DNA from: Abditibacteriaceae bacterium | GTDB lineage: Bacteria > Armatimonadota > Abditibacteriia > Abditibacteriales > Abditibacteriaceae | Assembly (NCBI GenBank): GCA_965277285.1 | Contig: OZ255721.1 | Span: forward strand, 224,001-288,000 | Reading direction: 5' to 3' | DNA: 64,000 nt | Part shown: positions 23,595 through 32,377 of the stretch, in pieces | Position numbering within the stretch: the stretch's first letter is position 1 | How the letters are laid out: each line of letters begins with the position of its first letter | Notes under the pieces: generated by a model | The model's input: the letters and a program-made list of their open reading frames with translations, nothing else | Database searches by the model: none | What the model was told of the DNA's origin: nothing | Position numbers and translations under genes: made by a program

Positions 23595-23933
23595 TCATAC
23601 GTTGAACATCTTGTCAATGCCGCGATTCAAGATGGCGCCGCCAACGATCATCGTCCAAAATCCACAGCCTGGAAAGGTGCGATAAACGCCCGAAACATTA
23701 CCAATCCACAAAAATAACCCGATGACAATGACAATGCAGCCCGCAACTTGCCAGAGAATAGACATCGTTTTTGATGGTCTTTGTTCGTCGGCGGGCGCGG
23801 CTTTGGTCAAGACTTGCGTCGCCTCGCTGCCAGCCCATGGCAAAGTTTTGTGACAGTTGTGGCACTGGTCGATGTGAATCGAATTGTCCTTTCCGCAATG
23901 TGGACAAGGGCGGCTTTCTAACGTGATGTTCAA
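23595..23933 (-). CDS. Zinc-ribbon protein with two C-terminal TM helices
   Basis: CPHC..CHNC and hydrophobic C-terminus. Confidence 0.65.
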   Translation of the reverse strand: MNITLESRPCPHCGKDNSIHIDQCHNCHKTLPWAGSEATQVLTKAAPADEQRPSKTMSILWQVAGCIVIVIGLFLWIGNVSGVYRTFPGCGFWTMIVGGAILNRGIDKMFNV

Positions 23934-24001
23934 CGCAGTGTCTCCAGTGGACGAATCGAGTACTCGATGTTCACAGTTTGATGTTCAAGATTTGCCAAGC
24001 G

Positions 24002-24691
24002 TTACTTCTCGAACAACCAGGCGAAGGCTTGGCGAAAGCGCGCTTTGCCATTGCGCTCCACCATATCGCCGTGCGAGAGAATGATGCGGTCGAAATCCCA
24101 TTCCAGAATGCGGCGCACCGAAGCGCGACACGCGTCTTTATCGGTGACTGATGTGCGAAAAGCCCGTGATGGCGCGACTTTGTTCAAGACGCCTAAAAAG
24201 CGCGCGATGAGACGCGTCGAAAAAGAACGACGGTCGGGAATGTTGAAACACAAATCGGCCAGCAACAATGTGCGCGTCGGCTGATGGAAGAAATCGACTT
24301 CGTTGACCAGTTTGTTGCCTTTGAAAACCGCCTGGTCGATAACTGATGACCATTCCACCGGCGGGGCGTCTCCCAGAAAATCGTGGAGGCGCGTTTTGGC
24401 GGTCGCCGAATCCAGGCCGGGCGCGCTCCACACTTTCGCGTTGGGAAAGGCTTGCGCCCATTCCGCCAAATGCTCGTAATGGCGACGAAACGGCGAAACT
24501 ATGAAGCGCACGGTTCCCAATGCTTCAACTTCCGCCTTAAGTGGCGCCAGTTCAATCGGAGAATGAATCCATAAATCACCGTTGGGCAGGCGAACAATCG
24601 TCATGCGCGCGCCAAATTCAAAACCGGCTTTGGCGGCAGGCATTTCCGCGATCCATAAATCGGGCGCCAGATTTTTTAATCGAGTACTCAT
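24002..24691 (-). CDS. DUF4336 family (MBL-like) protein
   Basis: RMTIVRLPNGDLWIHSP, EVDFFH, WDFDRIILSHG. Confidence 0.85.
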   Translation of the reverse strand: MSTRLKNLAPDLWIAEMPAAKAGFEFGARMTIVRLPNGDLWIHSPIELAPLKAEVEALGTVRFIVSPFRRHYEHLAEWAQAFPNAKVWSAPGLDSATAKTRLHDFLGDAPPVEWSSVIDQAVFKGNKLVNEVDFFHQPTRTLLLADLCFNIPDRRSFSTRLIARFLGVLNKVAPSRAFRTSVTDKDACRASVRRILEWDFDRIILSHGDMVERNGKARFRQAFAWLFEK

Positions 24692-24784
24692 TGTTGTATT
24701 CGTTAATCACGAACACGCTCAGGGCGTGCAGAAGAAGTGGTGGAATAGGTCAAGCTTATCGTTTGTTGTTCTGAAAGGCTGTAA

Positions 24785-24927
24785 GCAAAGTCCAAAAAAC
24801 GCTTAAAAGTGGAAGTTTGTCATTCTGAGCGCAGCGAAGAATCTGATGTAATATACAGATTCTTCGCTGCGCTCAGAATGACAAAATCTTGGTTTCCAGT
24901 ATTGTTTTCTACTTTGCAGCCTGACTC
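24785..24927. mobile_element. MITE family M copy (eroded left end) with REP family A doublet at 24816-24885
   Basis: TTTGTCATTCTGAGCGCAGCGAAGAATCTG perfect IR; right end TTGTTTTCTACTTTGCAGCCTGACTC. Confidence 0.7.
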
Positions 24928-24946
24928 TTGCAACTTTTTCAACGAG

Positions 24947-24994
24947 ATTGTTAAACGTCTTTATTGTTAAACGTCTTTATTGTTAAACGTCTTT
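24947..24994. repeat. Tandem repeat (ATTGTTAAACGTCTTT) x3 overlapping a stop codon
   Basis: Three exact 16-bp units. Confidence 0.9.
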
Positions 24995-25870
24995 GAGTTT
25001 TTGCAATTCTTCGCGCAAGCCGGATTCCGCGCCATCGACAATGGCGCCGTGAGACATCAAGTTTTCGCTCAAGTTCAAGTCCTTGATTTGCGGCAGTTCG
25101 CGCGTCGCATCGTCTTGTGGCGCGTAGCCGACCAATTCGCGCGCATCAGAAATGTCCAAGCGCTTGAAACGATTATCGCTCAAGCCGTGCAAAATGGCGA
25201 ATTGCAAATTTTCGACATCAATCGAACGTTCGATCAATTGATGCAAATCGCGCTGCGACACAAAGGCATCGAGCAAGTGCAGGCCACCTTCCTGGCGCGC
25301 CGCTTCCAGAGGTTGAAAGGCGCCGATACGCAACGTAATCACGGATACGCCTTCTTTTTCGGCCATGTAGCGCCCCAAAGCCTCACCGAAACATTTCGAG
25401 ACACCGTAAAGATCGCCAGGATTGACAGGTTCAGAAGTTTTGACTTGAACGTCCGGCGGATAGCCTGAAACCGCGTGAATGGAACTGGCGTGAACGACGC
25501 GGCGGCAACCCGCGGCTTTGGCGGCCACGAAAATGTTGTAAACGCCGATGATGTTCGCGTCAAGCAGACTTTGCCAGGTCGCGTTCGGCGCCGGATCGCC
25601 CGCCATGTGAACGATTGTATCAATGCCGTCGCAGAGCTTTTTTAAGCCTTCCAAATCGAGCAAATCGCCGGTCACGATTTCGCCGAAACCCTGGATGTGC
25701 GAGGTGTCTTCGCCATTGAGAACCATCAAGCGCAAGTCGTATTTGTCGTGCGCATGTTGCGCGAAATAGGAGCCGATGCGTCCCGCCGCGCCGGTCACGA
25801 GAACGCGGCGACGAATCGCGTTCGCTTCGGTTAATGCGCCGTCTTGTATTGCCGTAAAAGAATGAGCCAT
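24983..25870 (-). CDS. NAD-dependent epimerase/dehydratase (uronate dehydrogenase-like SDR)
   Basis: VTGAAGRIG, ASSIHAV, YGVSK, LRIG. Confidence 0.85.
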   Translation of the reverse strand: MAHSFTAIQDGALTEANAIRRRVLVTGAAGRIGSYFAQHAHDKYDLRLMVLNGEDTSHIQGFGEIVTGDLLDLEGLKKLCDGIDTIVHMAGDPAPNATWQSLLDANIIGVYNIFVAAKAAGCRRVVHASSIHAVSGYPPDVQVKTSEPVNPGDLYGVSKCFGEALGRYMAEKEGVSVITLRIGAFQPLEAARQEGGLHLLDAFVSQRDLHQLIERSIDVENLQFAILHGLSDNRFKRLDISDARELVGYAPQDDATRELPQIKDLNLSENLMSHGAIVDGAESGLREELQKLKDV

Positions 25871-25974
25871 GAAAAACCTCGGAAAAGTTGGGGAAAGTCG
25901 CGGCGCGCGTCGCAAACGCAGTGCCTCCAAACCGATTCTTGCGCGCCAAGGGACAACGCACGAAACTGCGATTA

Positions 25975-26766
25975 ATGAGTACTCGATTTGCGTTTCCCTG
26001 CGTCCTGACGATTGGCGGAACTGACCCCAGCGGCGGCGCCGGACTTCCCGCCGATGCACGCGCCATTAAAGCCTTTGGCGCTCATTCGTGCCCGATTGTG
26101 ACCGCGATTGTCGCGCAAAATACGCGCGGCGTGCGTTGTATGGAGCCAGTTTCAAGCGGAATGTTACGCGCCCAATTAGAAAATCTTCTCGAAGACATCA
26201 AGCCTTGCGCCATCAAAATTGGTTTGGTTGCGAACGTCGAACACGTCGAAGTTCTGCGCGACGTTCTGTCAAATTGGCGCGATGTTCCAATTGTCCTCGA
26301 TCCAGTTTTCGCACCCAGCACAGGCGAAGATTTCTCGGATTTGCAAACCATTCAAGCTATCGCGCAGCAACTTTTTCCGTTGTGCGCGCTGGTCACGCCA
26401 AACGCTGTGGAAGCGGAACGATTATGCGGTTTCCCGATTTCCAACGTGGACGACATGAAAAACGCCGCGCGCGCTATCCAGAAAAAATATGGCGCCAATC
26501 GAGTACTCATTAAAGGTGGGCACTTGCCGCAAAGCGCCGAAGTTGTCGATGTTTTGTGGCAAGTCGAAACGGTTTTGCTTTTTCGTGCGCCACGCATCGA
26601 AGGCGAAGAAGTGCGCGGAACCGGCTGTTTGCTATCAAGCGCAATCGCGGCGCAACTGGCGCAAAACGTGGCAATCGAGACAGCGATTGAGCGCGCAAAA
26701 AGTTGGCTTTCACTGCAAATTCGAGATGCGAAAAAGATTGGTGGTGGACGACGCGTGGCGGTTTGA
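25975..26766 (+). CDS. thiD: Hydroxymethylpyrimidine/phosphomethylpyrimidine kinase
   Basis: GTDPSGGAGL, AQNT, VLDPV, TPNAVEA, KGGH, GTGC. Confidence 0.92.
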   Translation: MSTRFAFPCVLTIGGTDPSGGAGLPADARAIKAFGAHSCPIVTAIVAQNTRGVRCMEPVSSGMLRAQLENLLEDIKPCAIKIGLVANVEHVEVLRDVLSNWRDVPIVLDPVFAPSTGEDFSDLQTIQAIAQQLFPLCALVTPNAVEAERLCGFPISNVDDMKNAARAIQKKYGANRVLIKGGHLPQSAEVVDVLWQVETVLLFRAPRIEGEEVRGTGCLLSSAIAAQLAQNVAIETAIERAKSWLSLQIRDAKKIGGGRRVAV

Positions 26767-26847
26767 CGACCAGGTTCAGCCGTTGTCGTAATCGTAGATG
26801 TGGGCAAGGCGAAGCTGCTTGTGTTCGGATGCAGCGCTTTGTTGGTG
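26761..26847 (-). other. Degenerate attC-like site
   Basis: Minus strand CACCAACAAAGCGCTGCATCCGA...CGGCTGAACCTGGTCGTCAAAC. Confidence 0.4.
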
Positions 26848-26911
26848 TCTACGCGAAATTAACGCCGCGCTTATTCAATATAAGCGCGGCGTTGTTCGTA
26901 TCGTGGTGGTG

Positions 26912-27346
26912 TTACGACTTGGTTGCAGGCACTCGTTCGTAGCCGTTGACAAACACGCGATCGCTGGTTGTGACTTCAACGTGGTCGCCGTACTCGACCT
27001 TGCCATAACTTTTCCCCAGAAGATATAAACCGCCATTATGGTTATGGAGAACGTGCGGGACGCGATCCAGATAGCCCACGCCAGAATCTATTTCAAAGAC
27101 ATACATGGACGGCGATTTTCCATCTCCAAAGGGCAGGGAGTAAAGAACGCCCCGATGAGTCAATTGGCGTGGAGGAAGCGCGAACGAAACGTTGACGATT
27201 TTGGTGTTTATGACAGCGGGAGATACGCCGACGGGCGATACGTTGGTGGACGATACGTCGACAGGCGATTGAAGGCGTTCGTGCAGAAGCAGGGCGCTGC
27301 CCAGACTCAGGCACAAAAGAACTGGCAAGCGAATTTTACGTGTCAT
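26912..27346 (-). CDS. Hypothetical exported protein
   Basis: AAGGAG SD before MTRKIRLPVLLCLSLG; hairpin at 26861-26893 downstream. Confidence 0.55.
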   Translation of the reverse strand: MTRKIRLPVLLCLSLGSALLLHERLQSPVDVSSTNVSPVGVSPAVINTKIVNVSFALPPRQLTHRGVLYSLPFGDGKSPSMYVFEIDSGVGYLDRVPHVLHNHNGGLYLLGKSYGKVEYGDHVEVTTSDRVFVNGYERVPATKS

Positions 27347-27496
27347 GTCGTGTAGCTCCTTACGCCTCATCATAACACTTACAACCTTGTTACTGCCTGG
27401 CACCGCGCGATGGTAGAACGAGCGTATGAAAGTGTTGGGTGCAATAGCTTCGTGTCAACGAATGTTGACCTTTCCTGACAGCAAATTCATGCGCTG

Positions 27497-29137
27497 TCAA
27501 TGACCCATATCTGCGGCGGGAATTGGTCTTTTGTTCGAGCGCAGCAAAAACACGCACGGTGAAACCAAGACGACGGCCATTCCGATGAACAAAAACGCGC
27601 CGTTGTAACTCATTACTTGCGCCTGAATTTGAACGGTGTGCTCGATGATGGAAAGCGCCATCAAACGCGCTGTTGTCGGGTCGTGGCCTTTTTGCATCAT
27701 GGCGGCCTGGATAAATTGCAGGCGTTGGTCGAAAGCGGGATTGCCTGCATAAAGATAGTGATTGAGATTGCTCACGTTCGCCGTAGTCGTGTTGGAAAGC
27801 TGCGTGCCCAGATAAGCGATGCCGAACGAGCCGCCCAATTGACGCATCAAGTTCAACAAACTGGCGCCCTGCGCGATTTCAACGCCCTTGAGCGAAGAAA
27901 ACGCCGCTAAGTTAATCGGCGTGAACAAACATCCCAAGCCGAAGCCGCGAATAATCAGCGCCAGTCGCGTGTCGGGTTCGCCGCTCATCGCCGTCAAATG
28001 TCCCATGTCCCACATCGAGTACACGAACATCGTCATGCCGACAATAATCAGCACGCGCGGGCTGAGTAATTGTTTTTTGCCATTGAGCAAACGCCCGCAC
28101 AAAATCGCGCTAAAGCCTGTGGCAATGGCGCCCGGCATCAAAACCAAACCCGTCACAGTCGGCGTGAAGCCCAGAATGTTTTGCGCGAACAACGGGAAAA
28201 TAAAGATGCCGCCATACAATCCAAAACCGAGCACCATAAATAAAATCAGCGCCGCGCTTAAATCGCGGTTTTTGAGTACGCGAAGATTGACAATCGGCTG
28301 CTTGTTGCGCGGCGACATTTCCCACCACAAAAACGAAATTAGCGAAACCGCCGCTACAATCGCCAAACGCGTGATCATGGCGCTTTGAAACCAATCGTCG
28401 GTATTGCCTTCTTCCAAAACGTATTGCAGCGAACCCAGACCCGCCGTCAAAAACCCGACGCCCCACCAATCGACGCTGCCGGTTTCGACGCGATGCTTGG
28501 CGTCGGTTAAAAAATTGGTGACGATGAACAGCGAAATCAAGCCAATCGGCAGGTTGACGAAAAACACCCACGGCCACGAATAATTGTCAGTAATCCAGCC
28601 GCCCAGCGTCGGGCCAACTGTCGGCGCCACGATGATTCCCAAAACATAAATCGACTGCACCGTTCCCTGCTGTTCTTTGGGGAAAATCTCGCGGATCGTT
28701 GCCTGCGCCGTCGAAAGCAACGCCGCGCCGCCCGCGCCCTGCAAAATACGCCAGAACACCAGTTCTGCCAACGCGCGCGAAGTGCCGCAAAAAAACGAAG
28801 CGATCAAAAACAAAATAATCGAACCCGCCAGATAACGCCGCCGCCCAAAACGCGAAGCGAGCCACGCCGTCATCGGCAAAACGATGACGTTCGACAAGAT
28901 GTAACCTGTCGAAACCCAGCCGATTTCCTGAAAAGTCGCGCCCAGATTGCCCGCCATCTGCGGCAACGCCACGTTGACAATCGTCGTGTCGAGAACTTCC
29001 AAAATCGCCGCGGTAATCAAGCCCACCAGAATAATCCAGCGATAAGGATTAAGTTCTTCGCCTTCATCGAGTACTGGATTGGCGGCGCGCGGCGCAGCTT
29101 TGCCGCCCGTTTTTGTCAATGTTGTGGTCGTGCTCAT
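27497..29137 (-). CDS. DHA2 (EmrB/QacA) MFS efflux permease
   Basis: LDTTIVNVALP, WVSTGY, RILQGAGG, GPTLGGWITD, WVFFVNLPIG, RQLGGSFG. Confidence 0.93.
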   Translation of the reverse strand: MSTTTTLTKTGGKAAPRAANPVLDEGEELNPYRWIILVGLITAAILEVLDTTIVNVALPQMAGNLGATFQEIGWVSTGYILSNVIVLPMTAWLASRFGRRRYLAGSIILFLIASFFCGTSRALAELVFWRILQGAGGAALLSTAQATIREIFPKEQQGTVQSIYVLGIIVAPTVGPTLGGWITDNYSWPWVFFVNLPIGLISLFIVTNFLTDAKHRVETGSVDWWGVGFLTAGLGSLQYVLEEGNTDDWFQSAMITRLAIVAAVSLISFLWWEMSPRNKQPIVNLRVLKNRDLSAALILFMVLGFGLYGGIFIFPLFAQNILGFTPTVTGLVLMPGAIATGFSAILCGRLLNGKKQLLSPRVLIIVGMTMFVYSMWDMGHLTAMSGEPDTRLALIIRGFGLGCLFTPINLAAFSSLKGVEIAQGASLLNLMRQLGGSFGIAYLGTQLSNTTTANVSNLNHYLYAGNPAFDQRLQFIQAAMMQKGHDPTTARLMALSIIEHTVQIQAQVMSYNGAFLFIGMAVVLVSPCVFLLRSNKRPIPAADMGH

Positions 29138-29583
29138 AAGATTTTTTGTAATAATGCGCGCAATTGCGCCCGTTCTTCAACAGAAAGCGGCGCCAGACAT
29201 TCCGCTTCGACTTCATCGACCGCGCGCGTCGCCAACTGCAAAACGTCGCGCCCTTTCGCCGTCAAAGTCACAGCGTATGCGCGACGGTCGTCGGGATGCA
29301 GCGCGCGCTCCACCAATTCCAAACGCGCCAAATCGTCAACCAAAGAAACCATCGTGGTGCGATCCACTTCCAGACTGCGCGCGATTTCAATCTGCGTCAG
29401 CGGCTCGTCCTGCAGCAAAATCAAAACGCCATAATGCTTCGAGCGCAAACCCAGTTCAGCGACCTGACTTTCAAACCTATCGCGCATTCTCTGCGCCACG
29501 CGCGACAACAACGTCGCCGTCCAACGTCCTAAAACCGGTGGAATCGCCGCATATTCAGGAGTTTTTTTACCTTCGTCGCTCAT
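29134..29583 (-). CDS. MarR family regulator
   Basis: TQIEIAR..DRTTMVSLVDDL..DRRAYAVTLTAKG; 4-nt overlap with the permease gene. Confidence 0.9.
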   Translation of the reverse strand: MSDEGKKTPEYAAIPPVLGRWTATLLSRVAQRMRDRFESQVAELGLRSKHYGVLILLQDEPLTQIEIARSLEVDRTTMVSLVDDLARLELVERALHPDDRRAYAVTLTAKGRDVLQLATRAVDEVEAECLAPLSVEERAQLRALLQKIL

Positions 29584-29591
29584 GGTGATAA

Positions 29592-29604
29592 TCAGTATAA
29601 CTGA
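29592..29604. promoter_or_regulatory. Candidate MarR operator
   Basis: TCAGT-ATA-ACTGA palindrome just upstream of the marR start. Confidence 0.4.
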
Positions 29605-29731
29605 CAATTAAAGTGAAGGATTCTTTTGGATGCGTTGCGCCTATGATTCTACAGGTGAACGCGGAACAAGAAGAGGGTGTATCGAGTTGGATTGGGATTA
29701 GGATACACGAGTGTCATAAAAGGAGGTTAGG

Positions 29732-30055
29732 GTGAAATCCATATCTCGAAAGCGCATGAATTTGATTGTGAGTGCGGGCTGGTTCAGTATTTTCTGGGCA
29801 CTTTTTATTGTGGCTGCCAACACCGAACGCGGCGGAGTGGAAAGGCTTGAAATTACGGAGTGGTCTGGGCTGCAGATTCGTCGTGTAGCGCTTTTATCAC
29901 CGCAGGACTGGGGCGTTGGAGAAGCTCCTCTGGTTATTCATTACTCGCCCAACGGCTTGCCCGCTATTGGATGGAGCGGATACGTGGGCGGTTATCGGAC
30001 GCGCTTAGGGGTTTTTGAAGTCCGACATTATTCTGAAGTGTGGGGAGTTGCGTGA
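29732..30055 (+). CDS. Hypothetical protein with N-terminal TM segment
   Basis: AAGGAGG SD before GTG. Confidence 0.55.
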   Translation: MKSISRKRMNLIVSAGWFSIFWALFIVAANTERGGVERLEITEWSGLQIRRVALLSPQDWGVGEAPLVIHYSPNGLPAIGWSGYVGGYRTRLGVFEVRHYSEVWGVA

Positions 30056-30110
30056 AGAACCTGCAGTGAAAATCTTAAAACTGAGTGCGATCCATCATCG
30101 AGTACTCGAA

Positions 30111-30476
30111 TCAGGAGTTTTGGCGTTTTTCTTTGTGTTGCAACAGGTTGAGCAAAATCGTCTCGATTTTCTGGAACTCCATTTTGCTGCAAAGTGCGTT
30201 CGCTCCGGCGTCGAGGAGCAGCGTGTTTCCCGCGTGGTGCGACGATGTGGCGACGATGAGCGGTTGTGGCTTCAACTCTCGCAGCGTCTCGAAAAGTTCT
30301 GTGCCTTTGCCGTCGTCCAAGTCGTAATCGAGCAAAACGGCCTCGAAGCGCGTGTTGGTCAGAGCATTTCGCGCGTCTTGCAGGCTGGCGACAATTGTGA
30401 CTTGGTGCGCGCTCAAGAATTGCGTGCTTGCGATGCGTGCAAATCGCGCATGGTTTTCTATGAAGAGGATGTTCAT
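30111..30476 (-). CDS. Single-domain response regulator
   Basis: MNILFIEN, VLLDYDLDDGKG, IVATS, LCSK. Confidence 0.82.
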   Translation of the reverse strand: MNILFIENHARFARIASTQFLSAHQVTIVASLQDARNALTNTRFEAVLLDYDLDDGKGTELFETLRELKPQPLIVATSSHHAGNTLLLDAGANALCSKMEFQKIETILLNLLQHKEKRQNS

Positions 30477-30484
30477 CAGCGAAA

Positions 30485-31924
30485 TTAAGCGTCCAAGCGC
30501 GAGGCGATGGTCGAAGTTTCGTCTATCGTCTTGCCGTTCCATTGCGAACTCGCGGAAATCAGCAGAGTTTGCGCGTTGGGCAAAACGGGACGCGGAATGT
30601 CGAAAATCAAGCCGCTGGATGTTTCTTCCACTTTGAACGCAATCTCGTCGTTTTGTAGGAAAGCGCGCCAACTTCCGTTCTCATATTTCGCGGTCATTTG
30701 CCAACAATAACTTTGTTCCGAACTTTCGCTGAGCGCGTGTAAGAGCAAGCCGTAATTAGCCTGATGCGAAATAGCGGCGCGCGTCTCGATTTGAATACGC
30801 AAGATGTCGTTTGTCGAAGGAACAAGGTTCAAGCGTTGAATATCAAGAGCGGAAAAAGCGTGGCGCGTTGGCGAATCTTTAACAGGATCTCGTAAAAGCG
30901 GCGTTGCATTGTCCAATCGAGTACTCGAATCGGCCAAGTTGAAGATTTCGTTGCGGCGCAAAAAGCCGCGCAAGTAATTGGGCGTCCACGTCATCTGACT
31001 TTCGTAGCATTCCAGAGCGGCGCGCTTGGCGTTTCGCGCTTGTGAATCGAGCGCGTTGTCGTTCCATTTGGCGCCGATTTGCGTCAATACATCAGGCGGC
31101 GCCAGAACGTCGTTCGGTCGGTCGCCGTGCGGCACCGGCCAAATCGCGTGATGCACCAGATACGTCCAGAAGTCGATTCGAGTACTCGATTGCAGTTGAA
31201 ATTGTTCCAGAGCCGCCAAGAGGAAACAAAACGCCGCGCGATGATCCTCATGCGTGTCGTTGCCGTCAGTCGTCAAAGCGCGCGTCGGGCGAAATTCCTC
31301 AATGATTTGAAGCAAATCGCGCACGACGCTTTGTCCGGCGTACGGCGCGCCAACCGAAAACGCGTTCGCATATGGAACGCTGTCGGCGCCGGTGAACGCG
31401 GAACGATAAGCATTGTCGATGTCCCAATAATCGCGCCACAACTTGCCCAATCCGCCGTCGGGATAACCCAAGAAAATGATGTCGTCCGCCGCGACGCCGA
31501 GTTTTGCCAGCGCATTCGTCGCTTCGCGTTGTCGCAAAGCGGCGATCTCGTCATGCGTCGGGCGTTGTTTCTGGCGCAAGGTTTCGCCGATGCGCGTCGA
31601 GCCGGAACCGTCGCCATTGGTGAGAAAAACGACGCGAACCGCAAGGTTTTTTTGACGCGCCTGAAAAATCAAGCCGCCCGCGCCCAACGTTTCGTCATCG
31701 GGATGCGGCGCCAAAACGAGCAAACGATCTTCTTCGCCAAGCGGCGGACAGGCCGGAAAGATGCGGTTTCGCACCGCCAAATCGCGGCGATAATTGACGA
31801 TTTTCCATAACAGCGGTAGCAAGGCGCACAAACCCGCAGCAGCTAATGTCCACCACAAAAGCGACGCTTGAGCGGAAGATCGAGTACTCGAATGCGAAGA
31901 GCGAAGAAGAAAGGACGGTTTCAT
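30485..31924 (-). CDS. PIG-L/LmbE family deacetylase, membrane anchored
   Basis: APHPDDETLG, TNGDG, RQRE, GYPDG, HEDH. Confidence 0.9.
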   Translation of the reverse strand: MKPSFLLRSSHSSTRSSAQASLLWWTLAAAGLCALLPLLWKIVNYRRDLAVRNRIFPACPPLGEEDRLLVLAPHPDDETLGAGGLIFQARQKNLAVRVVFLTNGDGSGSTRIGETLRQKQRPTHDEIAALRQREATNALAKLGVAADDIIFLGYPDGGLGKLWRDYWDIDNAYRSAFTGADSVPYANAFSVGAPYAGQSVVRDLLQIIEEFRPTRALTTDGNDTHEDHRAAFCFLLAALEQFQLQSSTRIDFWTYLVHHAIWPVPHGDRPNDVLAPPDVLTQIGAKWNDNALDSQARNAKRAALECYESQMTWTPNYLRGFLRRNEIFNLADSSTRLDNATPLLRDPVKDSPTRHAFSALDIQRLNLVPSTNDILRIQIETRAAISHQANYGLLLHALSESSEQSYCWQMTAKYENGSWRAFLQNDEIAFKVEETSSGLIFDIPRPVLPNAQTLLISASSQWNGKTIDETSTIASRLDA

Positions 31925-32065
31925 GGTAAAACAAAAAGATATGGCGAACACAAACGAAAATCGGGCGCGAACAGAATCGAAAGATTAACGTCCAAGCGCG
32001 GCTCGCAGAGCATTCGTGCGCAAAATCAATGGCGATTGGCGCGCCGATTTCTGGGAAAGTTCTCA

Positions 32066-32193
32066 GAATTAGTTTGCAAAGTTTGCTACGCGTGAAAAAA
32101 TAACAGTTTGTTGTTCTGACGGTGCGCTACGGACAGGCTCAGAATGACAAACTTCCACTGCTCAATCTTGTTTTCTACTTTGCAAACTGATTC
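32066..32193. mobile_element. MITE family M copy, 128 bp, with TCA direct repeat
   Basis: TCA[GAATTAGTTTGCAAAGT...ACTTTGCAAACTGATTC]TCA; contains half REP-A GCTCAGAATGACAAAC. Confidence 0.75.
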
Positions 32194-32377
32194 TCAAACG
32201 ACGAGCGCTTGATTGTGCCATTTTGTGTGCTGTGCCACACTGAAGGCGTTCTTTCCGGCTCATTTCACCCTTTGCGGGGTTCAACCTTGTCGATTTTCAT
32301 CCTATAGATGTTCCGTTCTGCGGCGAACGTCTTAGTTATTGTAGCGTTTTCTGGTCGCTTTTCGTCGCTGACTAACC

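Noticed and set aside
27370..27445. Second attC upstream of the orphan ORF
   Set aside because: Only ACCCAAC and a 7-bp pairing; no convincing L boxes or GTTRRRY.
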